Below are positions 17,088-26,168 of a stretch of 51,850 nt of DNA, in pieces. The position numbers and the translations under genes are program-made. This stretch comes from Candidatus Iainarchaeum sp. (GTDB lineage: Archaea > Iainarchaeota > Iainarchaeia > Iainarchaeales > JAAZKV01), in the NCBI GenBank assembly GCA_012799645.1, contig JAAZKV010000001.1:1-51850 (forward strand), written 5' to 3'. Every line of letters begins with the position of its first letter. Position 1 is the first letter of the stretch. Below the pieces are notes generated by a model. That model did no database searches. It was given only the letters and a program-made list of their open reading frames with translations, and was not told the DNA's origin.

Positions 17088-19280
17088 ATGGGAAGAAGAG
17101 AAGAAATGGCAAAAGTAGTTGAAGATTTAATGATTAATAGGGATGATATTAGAAATATTGGAACAGTTGCACACATTGACCACGGAAAAACAACACTATC
17201 TGATTCTTTAGTTGCTGCGGCAGGATTAATAAATTATGATTTGGCCGGAGAAGCACAAGTAATGGATTATGAAGATCAAGAACAAGAAAGAGGAATAACC
17301 ATTAACTCGGCTAACATTTCAATGATGTTTGAATGGAAACAAAAAAAACACATCGTTAATTTAATTGACACTCCAGGACACGTTGATTTTACTGGAGAAG
17401 TAATAAGAGCAATGAGAGCGGTTGATGGAGTAATATTACTAGTTGATTCTGTTGAAGGAGTAATGCCACAAACAGAAACAGTTATTAGACAAGCACTAAA
17501 AGAATACGTAAAACCTGTTTTGTTCATAAACAAAGTTGATAGAATTATTAAAGAACTAAACGCTAGCGAACAACAAATGCAAGAAAAATTCATAAAAGTA
17601 ATATCACAAGTAAATAATCTAATTGAAAGAAACGCACCTGAACAATTCAAAAAAGAATGGCAAGTTAGTATCCAAAAAGGAACTGTTGGTTTTGGTTCAG
17701 CTAAAAGAAAATGGGGAATTAGTGCAGCGCATATGCAAAAAACAGGAATTAATTTTAAACAAGTATACCAATACTTGAAAGAAGATAAACAAGATGAGTT
17801 AGCAAAAATTTCTCCAGTACACGAAGTTGTTTTACAAATGGTTGTAGAACACTTACCTTCACCTGTGGAAGCACAAAAATACAGAATACAAAAAATTTGG
17901 GGCGGAGATATGGAGAGTGACATTGCTAAACAAATGGCGGCATGTAACCCTGATGCACCACTATCAATGGTTATCACTGATGTATCGGTTGATCCACACG
18001 CAGGAGATGTTGCAACAGGAAGAATTTACTCCGGAGCAATTCACCCAGGAGATATAGTAAAAATTTTGTCAGCTGATAAAGAACTAAAAGTACAAAAAGT
18101 TGGACTTTACTTTGGAAACGATCTTGTTCCAATAAACAAATCAGTTGCTGGAAACATTATTTCTCTTGTTGGATTAAAAGATATTTATTCAGGAGAAACA
18201 ATTTCTACAACAGAAATGAAATCTTTTGAAAACTTTATGAGTAATGCAGAACCAGTTATGACAATATCTATTGAAGCAAAAGACCCAAAAGATTTACCAA
18301 AACTAATTGAAGCTTTAAGAAAACTACAAAAAGAAGATCCTAACCTAAAAGCAACAATAAACCAAGAAACAGGAGAACACTTACTTAGTGGAATGGGAGA
18401 ACTTCACTTAGAAGTAAACATTTACAGAATAATAAACAACCACAAAATACAAGTACAAACATCACAACCAATTGTTGTTTATCACGAAGCAATAACAGGG
18501 GATAGTGAAACACTTGAAGCAAAATCACCAAACAGACACAACAAATTCAAAATGAAAGCACGACCAGTGCCTCAAGAAATTTATGACAAAATAATTGAAA
18601 CAAGATTGGATGGAAAAATCAAACCAAAACACGCAGAAAGTGTTGAAAAACTAAAAGCTGTTGGGTTTGACACTGATACTGCTAGAAAAGTATGGGCAGT
18701 AATTAATGGGTGTGTTCTAATAGATAAAACAAGAGGAATACAAGCATTACACGAAATCAGAGAACTTGTAGTACAAGGATTCAGTGATGCTGTAAACGAA
18801 GGACCACTAGCTAAAGAAAGATGCCAAGGAGTAATGATAGAACTAGAAGATGCAACACTACACGAAGATGCAATCCACAGAGGACCAGCACAAGTACTAC
18901 CAGCAATTACAAGAGGAATATACGCTTGCATGCTACAAGCAGGAACACAATTATACGAACCAAAACAAATACTATCAATCACAGTACCGGAAGATATGAT
19001 GGGAGCAGCATCAAGAGAACTAGGAACAAGAAGAGTACAAATAACAGAAATGAAAACAGAAGGAGACTCAAGTATAGTTATAGGAAAAGCTCCAGTAAAA
19101 GAACTAATCGGATTCAGTTCAGCAATGAGAGGAGCAACACAAGGAAAAGCACAATGGACAGCAGAATACTACGGATACGAACTCCTACCAAGAGAACTAC
19201 AATCAACAACAATAAAAGAAATAAGAAAAAGAAAAGGAATGCCTGACGAAATGAAATCATGGCAATTCTTTTTAGAATAA
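17088..19280 (+). CDS. fusA: translation elongation factor aEF-2
   Basis: GTPase motifs AHIDHGKTTLSD, DTPGHVDF, NKVDR; diphthamide-loop region HEDAIHRGPAQ. AGGTGG Shine-Dalgarno upstream. Confidence 0.97.
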   Translation: MGRREEMAKVVEDLMINRDDIRNIGTVAHIDHGKTTLSDSLVAAAGLINYDLAGEAQVMDYEDQEQERGITINSANISMMFEWKQKKHIVNLIDTPGHVDFTGEVIRAMRAVDGVILLVDSVEGVMPQTETVIRQALKEYVKPVLFINKVDRIIKELNASEQQMQEKFIKVISQVNNLIERNAPEQFKKEWQVSIQKGTVGFGSAKRKWGISAAHMQKTGINFKQVYQYLKEDKQDELAKISPVHEVVLQMVVEHLPSPVEAQKYRIQKIWGGDMESDIAKQMAACNPDAPLSMVITDVSVDPHAGDVATGRIYSGAIHPGDIVKILSADKELKVQKVGLYFGNDLVPINKSVAGNIISLVGLKDIYSGETISTTEMKSFENFMSNAEPVMTISIEAKDPKDLPKLIEALRKLQKEDPNLKATINQETGEHLLSGMGELHLEVNIYRIINNHKIQVQTSQPIVVYHEAITGDSETLEAKSPNRHNKFKMKARPVPQEIYDKIIETRLDGKIKPKHAESVEKLKAVGFDTDTARKVWAVINGCVLIDKTRGIQALHEIRELVVQGFSDAVNEGPLAKERCQGVMIELEDATLHEDAIHRGPAQVLPAITRGIYACMLQAGTQLYEPKQILSITVPEDMMGAASRELGTRRVQITEMKTEGDSSIVIGKAPVKELIGFSSAMRGATQGKAQWTAEYYGYELLPRELQSTTIKEIRKRKGMPDEMKSWQFFLE

Positions 19281-19303
19281 AACAAAAACGATTTTTAGGA
19301 ATA

Positions 19304-19344
19304 GCAAACGCCAAAAGCGTTTGCGAAATTCTTTTTTTCTTTTT
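19304..19344 (+). terminator. hairpin GCAAACGC-CAAAA-GCGTTTGC plus T-tract after aEF-2
   Basis: 8-bp perfect stem at 19304-19324, then GAAATTCTTTTTTTCTTTT. Confidence 0.7.
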
Positions 19345-19417
19345 ACAAAATTTTTTTATAAAAATTGTTTTTCCCAAAAAAATCTATTTATTATTCTTAT
19401 CTTAATTATTTTTTATT

Positions 19418-20548
19418 ATGATACCGAATAATTTGAAGGATCTTGTTACTTTTGTTCCAAACAAAAATGAGTCAATACACAATTGGTTTTATTACAAAGA
19501 AGGTTATTCAAAAGAACTCATAGAGTGGCTTGTTAAAGAATACAAACTCACTGGACCAATTTATGATCCCTTTGCAGGAGTTGGAACAACTCTGCTTGTT
19601 GCAAAAAATTTGGGGATTAGTGCGATAGGAACTGATGTGAGTCCGCTAACATCATTCATTTGCAGTGTGAAAACAAGAAATTATGACACTAGTATTTTGA
19701 AAGAAGAGCTTGAAAAACTTGCTAAACTAAAACCAACAATGGTTGGAAAATATCCAAACAAAAAAATCAGAGAATTATTCAGAGCAAAAAACTTGGATGA
19801 TATATACTACTACCATCAAAAAATATTTGAAATCAAAGATGAAAAAACAAAAAACTTTTTTATGCTCGCATTAATTGACACCACTGGAAGAGTAGCGAAT
19901 GTAATCAAAACCGGTGGAAGTTTAAAAAAAATAAAAAAACACCACATGGATGTAAAAAAACTTTTATTAGGAAAAATAAAAAGAATGATACTTGATATTG
20001 AAAGAACAGAAAACAAAAAAAAACAAATCTCGCAAAATATTGGACAACCTTTGGAGTCAATTGAACCAATTATTTACAACGAAGATGCGCGAACTTTTAG
20101 ATTGGAAGAAAATTCTATTGGGTGTGTTATCACTTCCCCCCCATATTTGAATAAAATTGAGTACACTTCTGTTTACAAAATGGAGCTTGGATTATTTTTT
20201 GATGAACAAGAAACTAGACTTCGTTCTTATGTTGGAGATGTTCCTAGTGTAGAGGGTGAAGAATATGCAGGGTTACCAAATATCGCTATTGCATATTTTC
20301 AGGATATGAAAAAAGTTTTGGAAAATATTTATTTTTGTTTAAAACCAAAAGGAAAAGCTTTCATTATTGTCGCAGGAGGGTGTTTGCCTGATAGAACAGT
20401 GAATTCCGAAACAATAATTGCTGAAGATGCTAAAAAAATAGGATTCACCCTAATTGACATAATTACTGCGAGAGAAATTGCTTGCGTAACAAACCGAACC
20501 CAACACATCGGAAAAGTAAAAGAAGCGATAATCATACTAGAAAAATAA
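19418..20548 (+). CDS. SAM-dependent DNA methyltransferase (N4-C or N6-A type), orphan
   Basis: DPFAGVGTT (SAM-binding motif I) near aa 50 and VITSPPY (motif IV, (S/D/N)PPY) about 190 aa later. No adjacent endonuclease ORF. The 3' end is followed by a duplicated copy of itself (see findings). Confidence 0.65.
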   Translation: MIPNNLKDLVTFVPNKNESIHNWFYYKEGYSKELIEWLVKEYKLTGPIYDPFAGVGTTLLVAKNLGISAIGTDVSPLTSFICSVKTRNYDTSILKEELEKLAKLKPTMVGKYPNKKIRELFRAKNLDDIYYYHQKIFEIKDEKTKNFFMLALIDTTGRVANVIKTGGSLKKIKKHHMDVKKLLLGKIKRMILDIERTENKKKQISQNIGQPLESIEPIIYNEDARTFRLEENSIGCVITSPPYLNKIEYTSVYKMELGLFFDEQETRLRSYVGDVPSVEGEEYAGLPNIAIAYFQDMKKVLENIYFCLKPKGKAFIIVAGGCLPDRTVNSETIIAEDAKKIGFTLIDIITAREIACVTNRTQHIGKVKEAIIILEK

Positions 20549-20648
20549 TTGCCACTACGTGTGATTGAAAACCACACAATGAGTCATTCACGCCGGCTCT
20601 GAAGGCCGATCGAGGAGAGTAAAAGAAGCAATAATCCTACTAGAAAAA
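20515..20648 (+). repeat. 31-nt direct repeat with 2 mismatches (20515-20545 and 20618-20648, the 3' end of the methyltransferase) bracketing a 72-nt insert that begins with the stop codon in use
   Basis: AGTAAAAGAAGCGATAATCATACTAGAAAAA versus AGTAAAAGAAGCAATAATCCTACTAGAAAAA. The insert starts TAATTGCCACTACG. Confidence 0.9.
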
Positions 20649-20994
20649 GGAGGATTGGAAGTCGAAAATAAGGCTTGGAAAGTGCAAGGACAAAAACACG
20701 CTATTAAACGTGGATAGAGCGAAACAAATGAACTCTTCAAATTTTAACCAAGGGGAAATAATTTAGCCCCCTTTCCTTTCTCAACCCTTGCACAAGTCAA
20801 ATTAAAACCAGCATTAGTAATATTCAGACTTTGCTAAATCAATAAAGTGGGGAAATTGATTCACTTGAAGGTCCAATAAACGACAAAACTGTTAGACAAG
20901 TAATGGTAGCAAAAGTAACAAAAGATTGTTATTTAAGTTCAAATAGTGACTCAACAATTAGTCCGCCAACATTACCAAACTAAATTAATAATTA

Positions 20995-21029
20995 ATTACC
21001 GATCGAAAGATCGGTAATTCTTTCTTTTT
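20995..21029. terminator. 10-bp perfect palindromic hairpin ATTACCGATC-GAAA-GATCGGTAAT plus T-tract, between the convergent methyltransferase region and hicA (bidirectional terminator candidate)
   Basis: Inverted repeat at 20995-21018, then TCTTTCTTTTT. Confidence 0.6.
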
Positions 21030-21036
21030 AAAAGAA

Positions 21037-21267
21037 TTATAAAAGTTTTACTAGTTCTTCTCTTGTAATATTCAAATCTTGTTTCATTATTTTGTTTAAC
21101 AATCCAACAGGGATTGGTTTGTTTGAGTGAAAAGGAATTGTTAATTTTCTCCCATCAAGATGCACAAAAGTTTTGTGTGATCCTTTTTGTCGCTCTTCAA
21201 CAAAACCCAATTTTAAAACGATTTTGCACAACTCTTGAGGATAAATTATAGGAAGTTTCATTAACAA
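21037..21267 (-). CDS. hicA: type II toxin HicA-family (YcfA-like mRNA interferase)
   Basis: GFVEERQKGSHKTFVHLDGRKLTIPFHSNKPIPVGLLNKIMKQ matches the HicA GSH...H...P.H pattern. Confidence 0.85.
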   Translation of the reverse strand: MLMKLPIIYPQELCKIVLKLGFVEERQKGSHKTFVHLDGRKLTIPFHSNKPIPVGLLNKIMKQDLNITREELVKLL

Positions 21268-21274
21268 TCCTTCT

Positions 21275-21493
21275 TTAACAAACAGCTACTTTCACCAAAC
21301 CAACAACGCTGGTAGTAACTTTTATTTTACTTTTTTTCATACTTTCAAGATGCAAACTAATCGCTTCTTTTATTGATTCAAGCAATTCTTCAACAGAATC
21401 AGCATAAGAATAACAACCAGGCAAAGCAGGAACAGAAGCATAAAATTGCCCGGATTTAGAATCTTTTTCTAAAACAACATCAAAATCCAACAT
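21275..21493 (-). CDS. hicB: type II antitoxin HicB-family (UPF0150)
   Basis: FDVVLEKDSKSGQFYASVPALPGCYSYADSVEELLESIKEAISLHLE is a typical HicB N-terminal domain. It sits 7 nt upstream of hicA. Confidence 0.85.
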   Translation of the reverse strand: MLDFDVVLEKDSKSGQFYASVPALPGCYSYADSVEELLESIKEAISLHLESMKKSKIKVTTSVVGLVKVAVC

Positions 21494-21738
21494 ATTAAAA
21501 ACACCTAAAATAATAACCTAAAGTAATACATACAAGAACTTAATAAAAAACTATCTAAATTCAACAAAACCCAAATCCCACAAAATCAATCCTATAAAAT
21601 CATTTTTTATTAAATTATTTTTTTAAAAAAATATAACTTAAATTCAAACAAAATTAAACTCAAACAAAACTTAAGCAATAAAATAATTTAATATTGCTAA
21701 GTGGTGAGTGAAATTCGTATTTTTTCAACATTCTTTGC

Positions 21739-21753
21739 GAAGCCTTTAAAAGC
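21739..21753 (+). promoter_or_regulatory. BRE/TATA-like box (TTTAAAAG at 21745-21752) upstream of tuf
   Basis: GAAGCCTTTAAAAGC, about 100 nt before ATG 21855. Confidence 0.55.
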
Positions 21754-21854
21754 TTTCTTTAAGAGTAATTACTTAAATGCGTTGTCTGGTGAACGGCTTA
21801 AAATCGCGGAAGTAACGCTATTTAGTGCGATATAAGAGCATGGAGGAATTGAAA

Positions 21855-23123
21855 ATGGCTGGAAAAGAATTAATCAACGTTGTTTTCATTGGGCACGTTG
21901 ATCACGGTAAATCAACTACGGTTGGTAGATTACTTTACGACGGAGGAGCTTTATCTGAACAAGAATACAGAAAGCTTGAAGAAGAAGCTAAACAAAAAGG
22001 AAAGGGAACTTTCGTTTTTGCGTACGTAATGGATAATTTGAAAGAAGAAAGAGAAAGAGGAGTAACTATTGATGTATCATACAAAAAACTTGAAGCAAAA
22101 AATCACATGTTCACAATTATTGATGCACCAGGACACAGAGATTTCGTAAAAAACATGATAACAGGAACTTCACAAGCTGATGTTGCGGTTTTAGTTATTG
22201 CAACAAAAGAAGGAGTGCAACCACAAACAAAAGAACACGCATTCTTAGCTCAAGTAATGGGTATAAGACAAATTGTTGTTGCTACAAACAAAATGGATGA
22301 AGTGAATTATGATCAAAAGAAATTCGAAGAAGTAAAAGCAGAAGCAACTAAATTATTACAAGGAGTTGGATTCAAACCCGACAATATCAAAGTTGTGCCA
22401 ATCTCATCATGGAGAGGAGATAATGTTGTTAACAAGACATCAAACATGCCTTGGTACACAGGAAAAACTCTGTTAGAAACTCTTGATGAAATGCAAGCAC
22501 CACCATCACCACTTGATAAACCTCTAAGATTACCAATCCAAGATGTTTATAGCATTAAAGGTGTTGGAGCAATCCCTGTTGGAAGAGTAGAAACAGGAAT
22601 AATGAAAACAGGAGACAAAGTTATTGTAATGCCTTCAGGAAAACAAGGAGAAGTAAAAACAATGGAAGAACACCACACCACATTAACAGAAGCAAAACCA
22701 GGAAACAACATTGGTTTTTCTGTAAGAGGACTTGGTGCGGATGATATGGGAAGAGGAGATGTTATTGGACCAGTAACAAATCCACCAACTGTTGCAAAAT
22801 CATTCGAAGCACAAATTGTTGTTTTGAATCACCCAACAGCAATCCCAATAGGATACACTCCAGTATTCCACTTGCACACAGTACAAATGTCAATGACATT
22901 AACAGAAATCAAGAAAAAACTTGATCCAAAAACAGGCGCAGTTCTGGAAGAAAATCCAAAATTCCTAAAAACAGGAGATGCAGCAATCGTAAAAATAACT
23001 CCTACAAAACCTGTATGTATCGAATCATTCAAAGAATTTCCACAACTAGGAAGATTCGCTATTAGAGATATGGGACAAACAGTAGCTGCAGGAATTGTAC
23101 TAAGCGTAGAAAAAAGAGAATAA
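21855..23123 (+). CDS. tuf: translation elongation factor aEF-1alpha
   Basis: [21 protein letters not shown] motifs. GGAGG at 21843-21847, then ATG 21855 (the ORF-track GTG 21825 is rejected). Confidence 0.97.
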   Translation: MAGKELINVVFIGHVDHGKSTTVGRLLYDGGALSEQEYRKLEEEAKQKGKGTFVFAYVMDNLKEERERGVTIDVSYKKLEAKNHMFTIIDAPGHRDFVKNMITGTSQADVAVLVIATKEGVQPQTKEHAFLAQVMGIRQIVVATNKMDEVNYDQKKFEEVKAEATKLLQGVGFKPDNIKVVPISSWRGDNVVNKTSNMPWYTGKTLLETLDEMQAPPSPLDKPLRLPIQDVYSIKGVGAIPVGRVETGIMKTGDKVIVMPSGKQGEVKTMEEHHTTLTEAKPGNNIGFSVRGLGADDMGRGDVIGPVTNPPTVAKSFEAQIVVLNHPTAIPIGYTPVFHLHTVQMSMTLTEIKKKLDPKTGAVLEENPKFLKTGDAAIVKITPTKPVCIESFKEFPQLGRFAIRDMGQTVAAGIVLSVEKRE

Positions 23124-23146
23124 ATGAACGAAAAATAAAAATCAAT

Positions 23147-23180
23147 TGTGGGAACATTTTTTTGTTCCCACATTATTTTT
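23147..23180 (+). terminator. hairpin TGTGGGAACA-T6-TGTTCCCACA plus T-tract between tuf and rps10 (terminator/attenuator-like)
   Basis: 10-bp perfect stem at 23147-23172, followed by TTATTTTT. Confidence 0.6.
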
Positions 23181-23228
23181 AAATGTATTTGATAGTAAAA
23201 TTGGTAACAAATAATGGTGAGCCAGAAA

Positions 23229-23534
23229 ATGCAAACAGCAAGAATAAAATTAACAGGAACTAATTACAAACAACTAGAAGAAATTTGTGACAGAATTCTT
23301 GATGTTGCACAAAAAACAGGAGCAAAACACTCAGGAAAAATACCACTACCAACAAAAAAACTAGTTGTACCAACAAGAAAAGGAATGTGTGGTGGAGGAA
23401 CAGAAACATACGAACACTGGCAAATGAGAGTGCACAAAAGAATGCTGGATATACAAGCTGATGAACGAACACTAAAAAGAGTAATGAGAGTAGAAATACC
23501 GGAAGAAGTACACTTAGAAATTGAACTAAAATAA
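23229..23534 (+). CDS. rps10: 30S ribosomal protein S10 (uS10)
   Basis: ARIKLTGTNYKQLEEICDRILDVAQKTGAKHSGKIPLPTKKL. GGTGA at 23216-23220, then ATG 23229. Confidence 0.93.
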   Translation: MQTARIKLTGTNYKQLEEICDRILDVAQKTGAKHSGKIPLPTKKLVVPTRKGMCGGGTETYEHWQMRVHKRMLDIQADERTLKRVMRVEIPEEVHLEIELK

Positions 23535-23790
23535 AACTAACAAAAAACAACCCACCTAAACTAAATTATAATCCAAAAATCAAATTATTATTTAGAATTA
23601 TTAAAACAACCCCCCACTAAAAAATAACTTTTTTTAATCCAAACAAAAAAATAAATTAATCACGAATAAAAAAAAACAAACACCGCAAAATAGCAAAAAT
23701 AATACAATTATGAAAAAAATAAACAAAATAATATTAATTAAAAGCGCTATTAGTTATTAAGAAATTAACAAAAAAAATATAGTGGTTGTT

Positions 23791-25110
23791 ATGGAACAAG
23801 AAAAAATAAAAATTTATGCAAAAGACATTGACACTCCTACTCTTGAACAATTTCTAAATTGCATTAAAGAAAATTATGTAATTGATGCAGCGCTAATGCC
23901 TGATGCACATTATGGTTATGTTGCGCCAATTGGAAGCGTTATTGTTACAAAAAAATACATTGTTCCTTCTTGGGTTGGATATGATATAGGGTGTGGAGTT
24001 ACTGCAATCAAAATTGAAGGAAAAAACATTTTAGAAAAAATCAAAAAAAACAAAAACGAAATATACAAAACCATAAACCAAACAATCCCGATGGGGCTTG
24101 GAAAATTAAACGCGGAACACAAAATTAGTAAAAAAAATAAAGAAGAGTTCAAAAAAATATTAAAAAAATTGGAAAAAAACAAAATTGATCCAGAATTATT
24201 TAAGTGGATAAAAAGAAAAGCACTAAGCAATATAGGATCACTCGGGCACGGAAATCACTTTATTGAACTAAGCGAAGAAAATGAAACAAACACTAATTCC
24301 AAAAAAAACAAACACACAAAAACAAAACCCAACAACAATATCGCGTGGTTAATTATCCACTCAGGATCAAGAAATGTAGGACACCGAATTGCTGGACACT
24401 ACATGAAAAAAGCACAAGAAATAGCGCAAAAAAACCAACTTAACAAAAATGAAATAACTAAACAAAACGAAACCAACAAAAAAAATGAAACCAATAACCA
24501 AAATGAATTTAATGAAATAAAAATAAATGAAAAAGAAAGCATAGAAAAAACATACCCTCTTGATTCTACCACAAAAATTGGAAAAGAGTATTTAGCAGTG
24601 CTTGATTTTTGTTTAGAACTAGCTCTAATTAATAGGATTGAAATAGGAAAAAAAGTTGTTGAAAATATTGAAAATATTTTAGGAGAAAAAACAAAAAACA
24701 CTATATGGGCAAACAAAAACCACAATCACGCACAAAAAATTGAAAAAACTGAAAAATTTATTCACAGAAAAGGAGCAACCCCAAGCAAAAAAGGAGAGCG
24801 AGGAATTATTCCCGGAAATATGAGAGATGGTTGTTTTTTAGTAATTGGAAAAGGGAACAAAAAGTTCTTAGAATCAAGCAGTCACGGAGCAGGAAGAAGT
24901 ATGAGCAAGAGTCAAGCAAAAAAAGAAATCACTCTTGACCAATTCAAAGAAACAATGAAAGGAATCACTGCAACAATTGAAAGTGGAACAATTGATGAAA
25001 GTCCTTTTGCTTACAAAAACATTAACTCTATTATGGAAGCACAAAAAGAAAGCGTAAAAATATACAAACACTTAAAACCAATAATTAATTGGAAAGGAAC
25101 AGGGAAATAA
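23791..25110 (+). CDS. rtcB: RNA-splicing ligase RtcB with N/K-rich low-complexity inserts
   Basis: MPDAHYGYVAPIGSV, GYDIGCGV, GSLGHGNHFIE, HSGSRNVGH, HNHA, SSSHGAGR are the RtcB metal and GMP-histidine motifs. Confidence 0.9.
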   Translation: MEQEKIKIYAKDIDTPTLEQFLNCIKENYVIDAALMPDAHYGYVAPIGSVIVTKKYIVPSWVGYDIGCGVTAIKIEGKNILEKIKKNKNEIYKTINQTIPMGLGKLNAEHKISKKNKEEFKKILKKLEKNKIDPELFKWIKRKALSNIGSLGHGNHFIELSEENETNTNSKKNKHTKTKPNNNIAWLIIHSGSRNVGHRIAGHYMKKAQEIAQKNQLNKNEITKQNETNKKNETNNQNEFNEIKINEKESIEKTYPLDSTTKIGKEYLAVLDFCLELALINRIEIGKKVVENIENILGEKTKNTIWANKNHNHAQKIEKTEKFIHRKGATPSKKGERGIIPGNMRDGCFLVIGKGNKKFLESSSHGAGRSMSKSQAKKEITLDQFKETMKGITATIESGTIDESPFAYKNINSIMEAQKESVKIYKHLKPIINWKGTGK

Positions 25111-25152
25111 TTTCAAAACCCAAAAAAAACACAAATTTTCCAAATGGATATC

Positions 25153-25160
25153 TTTAAATA
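25153..25160 (+). promoter_or_regulatory. TATA-like box TTTAAATA upstream of the DUF4013-like gene
   Basis: About 50 nt before ATG 25210, with AAGGAGG between them. Confidence 0.45.
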
Positions 25161-25209
25161 TACCACTTTCCTCTTTTAATCTAATAACACGCAAAGGAGG
25201 TTATTTACA

Positions 25210-25878
25210 ATGGTTGATTACGTAGAAGCAATCAAGAAGCCATTTTCTGATCTTAAAACACTAGCTATTGGAACTATACTATCAGCAATTCCACTAGTTA
25301 ATTTGTTAGCATCAGGATTTGCTTTGAAAGTTGCTGAAGATACAATCAAAGGAAAAAAAGCATTGAGAAGCTTTGCTGTAGATGATATTGTTGAATACAT
25401 TATCAAAGTAATTATGGCATTCGTTATCTCACTAGTGTACATGATAATCCCAACAATAATATTAGGGATAGGAATCGGAGCAGGAGTTACTGCCCTAATC
25501 GGCGGAATGACTGATCCAAACGCTGCAGGAGAAGCAATCGCGGCTACTTTGGCTTTAGGAGGACCATTCATACTAATCGGGGTACTTCTAATGATAATAG
25601 CATCATTTTTGCTGCCAATGGCTATGATGAAATGGCTAAAAGCAGGAAAAATCGGAGCAGCTTTCAAAGTAGGAGAAGTTGTTAAAAGTGCTTTAACATT
25701 AAAGTACATAATAACTCTTGTAGTAATAGTAATCTACGCAGCAATTGTTGGAACAATCGCAGGAATACTTTCAACTTTGTTAGCAATAACAGTAATCCTA
25801 CCAATACTAATAATGGGATTAGTGTCATTCATAATGAGTGTAACTACTATGACAATGTATGCGGAAGCATCAAAATAA
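25210..25878 (+). CDS. multi-pass membrane protein (DUF4013-like by recollection)
   Basis: The N-terminus IKKPFSDLKTLAIGTILSAIPLVNLLASGFALKVAEDTIKG resembles archaeal DUF4013, followed by several TM spans. AAGGAGG Shine-Dalgarno at 25194-25200. Confidence 0.7.
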   Translation: MVDYVEAIKKPFSDLKTLAIGTILSAIPLVNLLASGFALKVAEDTIKGKKALRSFAVDDIVEYIIKVIMAFVISLVYMIIPTIILGIGIGAGVTALIGGMTDPNAAGEAIAATLALGGPFILIGVLLMIIASFLLPMAMMKWLKAGKIGAAFKVGEVVKSALTLKYIITLVVIVIYAAIVGTIAGILSTLLAITVILPILIMGLVSFIMSVTTMTMYAEASK

Positions 25879-25888
25879 AGATTCAATT

Positions 25889-25933
25889 GTTAAGTGTGGT
25901 CAACAAAAGCTACACTTAACATTCTCTTTTTTT
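25889..25933 (+). terminator. hairpin (GTTAAGTGT...ACACTTAAC) plus T-tract after the DUF4013-like gene
   Basis: 9-11 bp stem at 25889-25920, then ATTCTCTTTTTTT. Confidence 0.65.
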
Positions 25934-26127
25934 AAAAAATTAGGATTTTAAAAACACACAAAAATATTTTATATATAGATATTTTATATATTTTATTCAA
26001 AAAAATAATTAAAAAAATAAAAAAACAATTTCAAAAAAAGCAAACATTTGCAAAAAAAAACAAAATCTAAACTAAAACAAAAATCAACACCAATCAAATT
26101 AACTTCTTCCCGTGAATAAACGAAAGC

Positions 26128-26135
26128 TTTATATA
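26128..26135 (+). promoter_or_regulatory. TATA-like box TTTATATA upstream of the 26169 surface-protein gene
   Basis: AAGCTTTATATAG, 34 nt before the ATG. Confidence 0.45.
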
Positions 26136-26168
26136 GTTCCCCCTACGCTAAATACATAAGGTGAGTTT

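Noticed and set aside
18821-19246. 141-aa alternative-frame ORF inside fusA (R/N/T/K-rich)
   Set aside because: It is embedded in the conserved aEF-2 frame, and its composition is an artefact of A-rich codons.
20515-20648. Diversity-generating retroelement (TR/VR) explanation for the duplicated gene 3' ends
   Set aside because: The repeats are only 18-31 nt, and two of the three are perfect. The two mismatches in the third are not both adenine-specific, and no reverse transcriptase is in the window.
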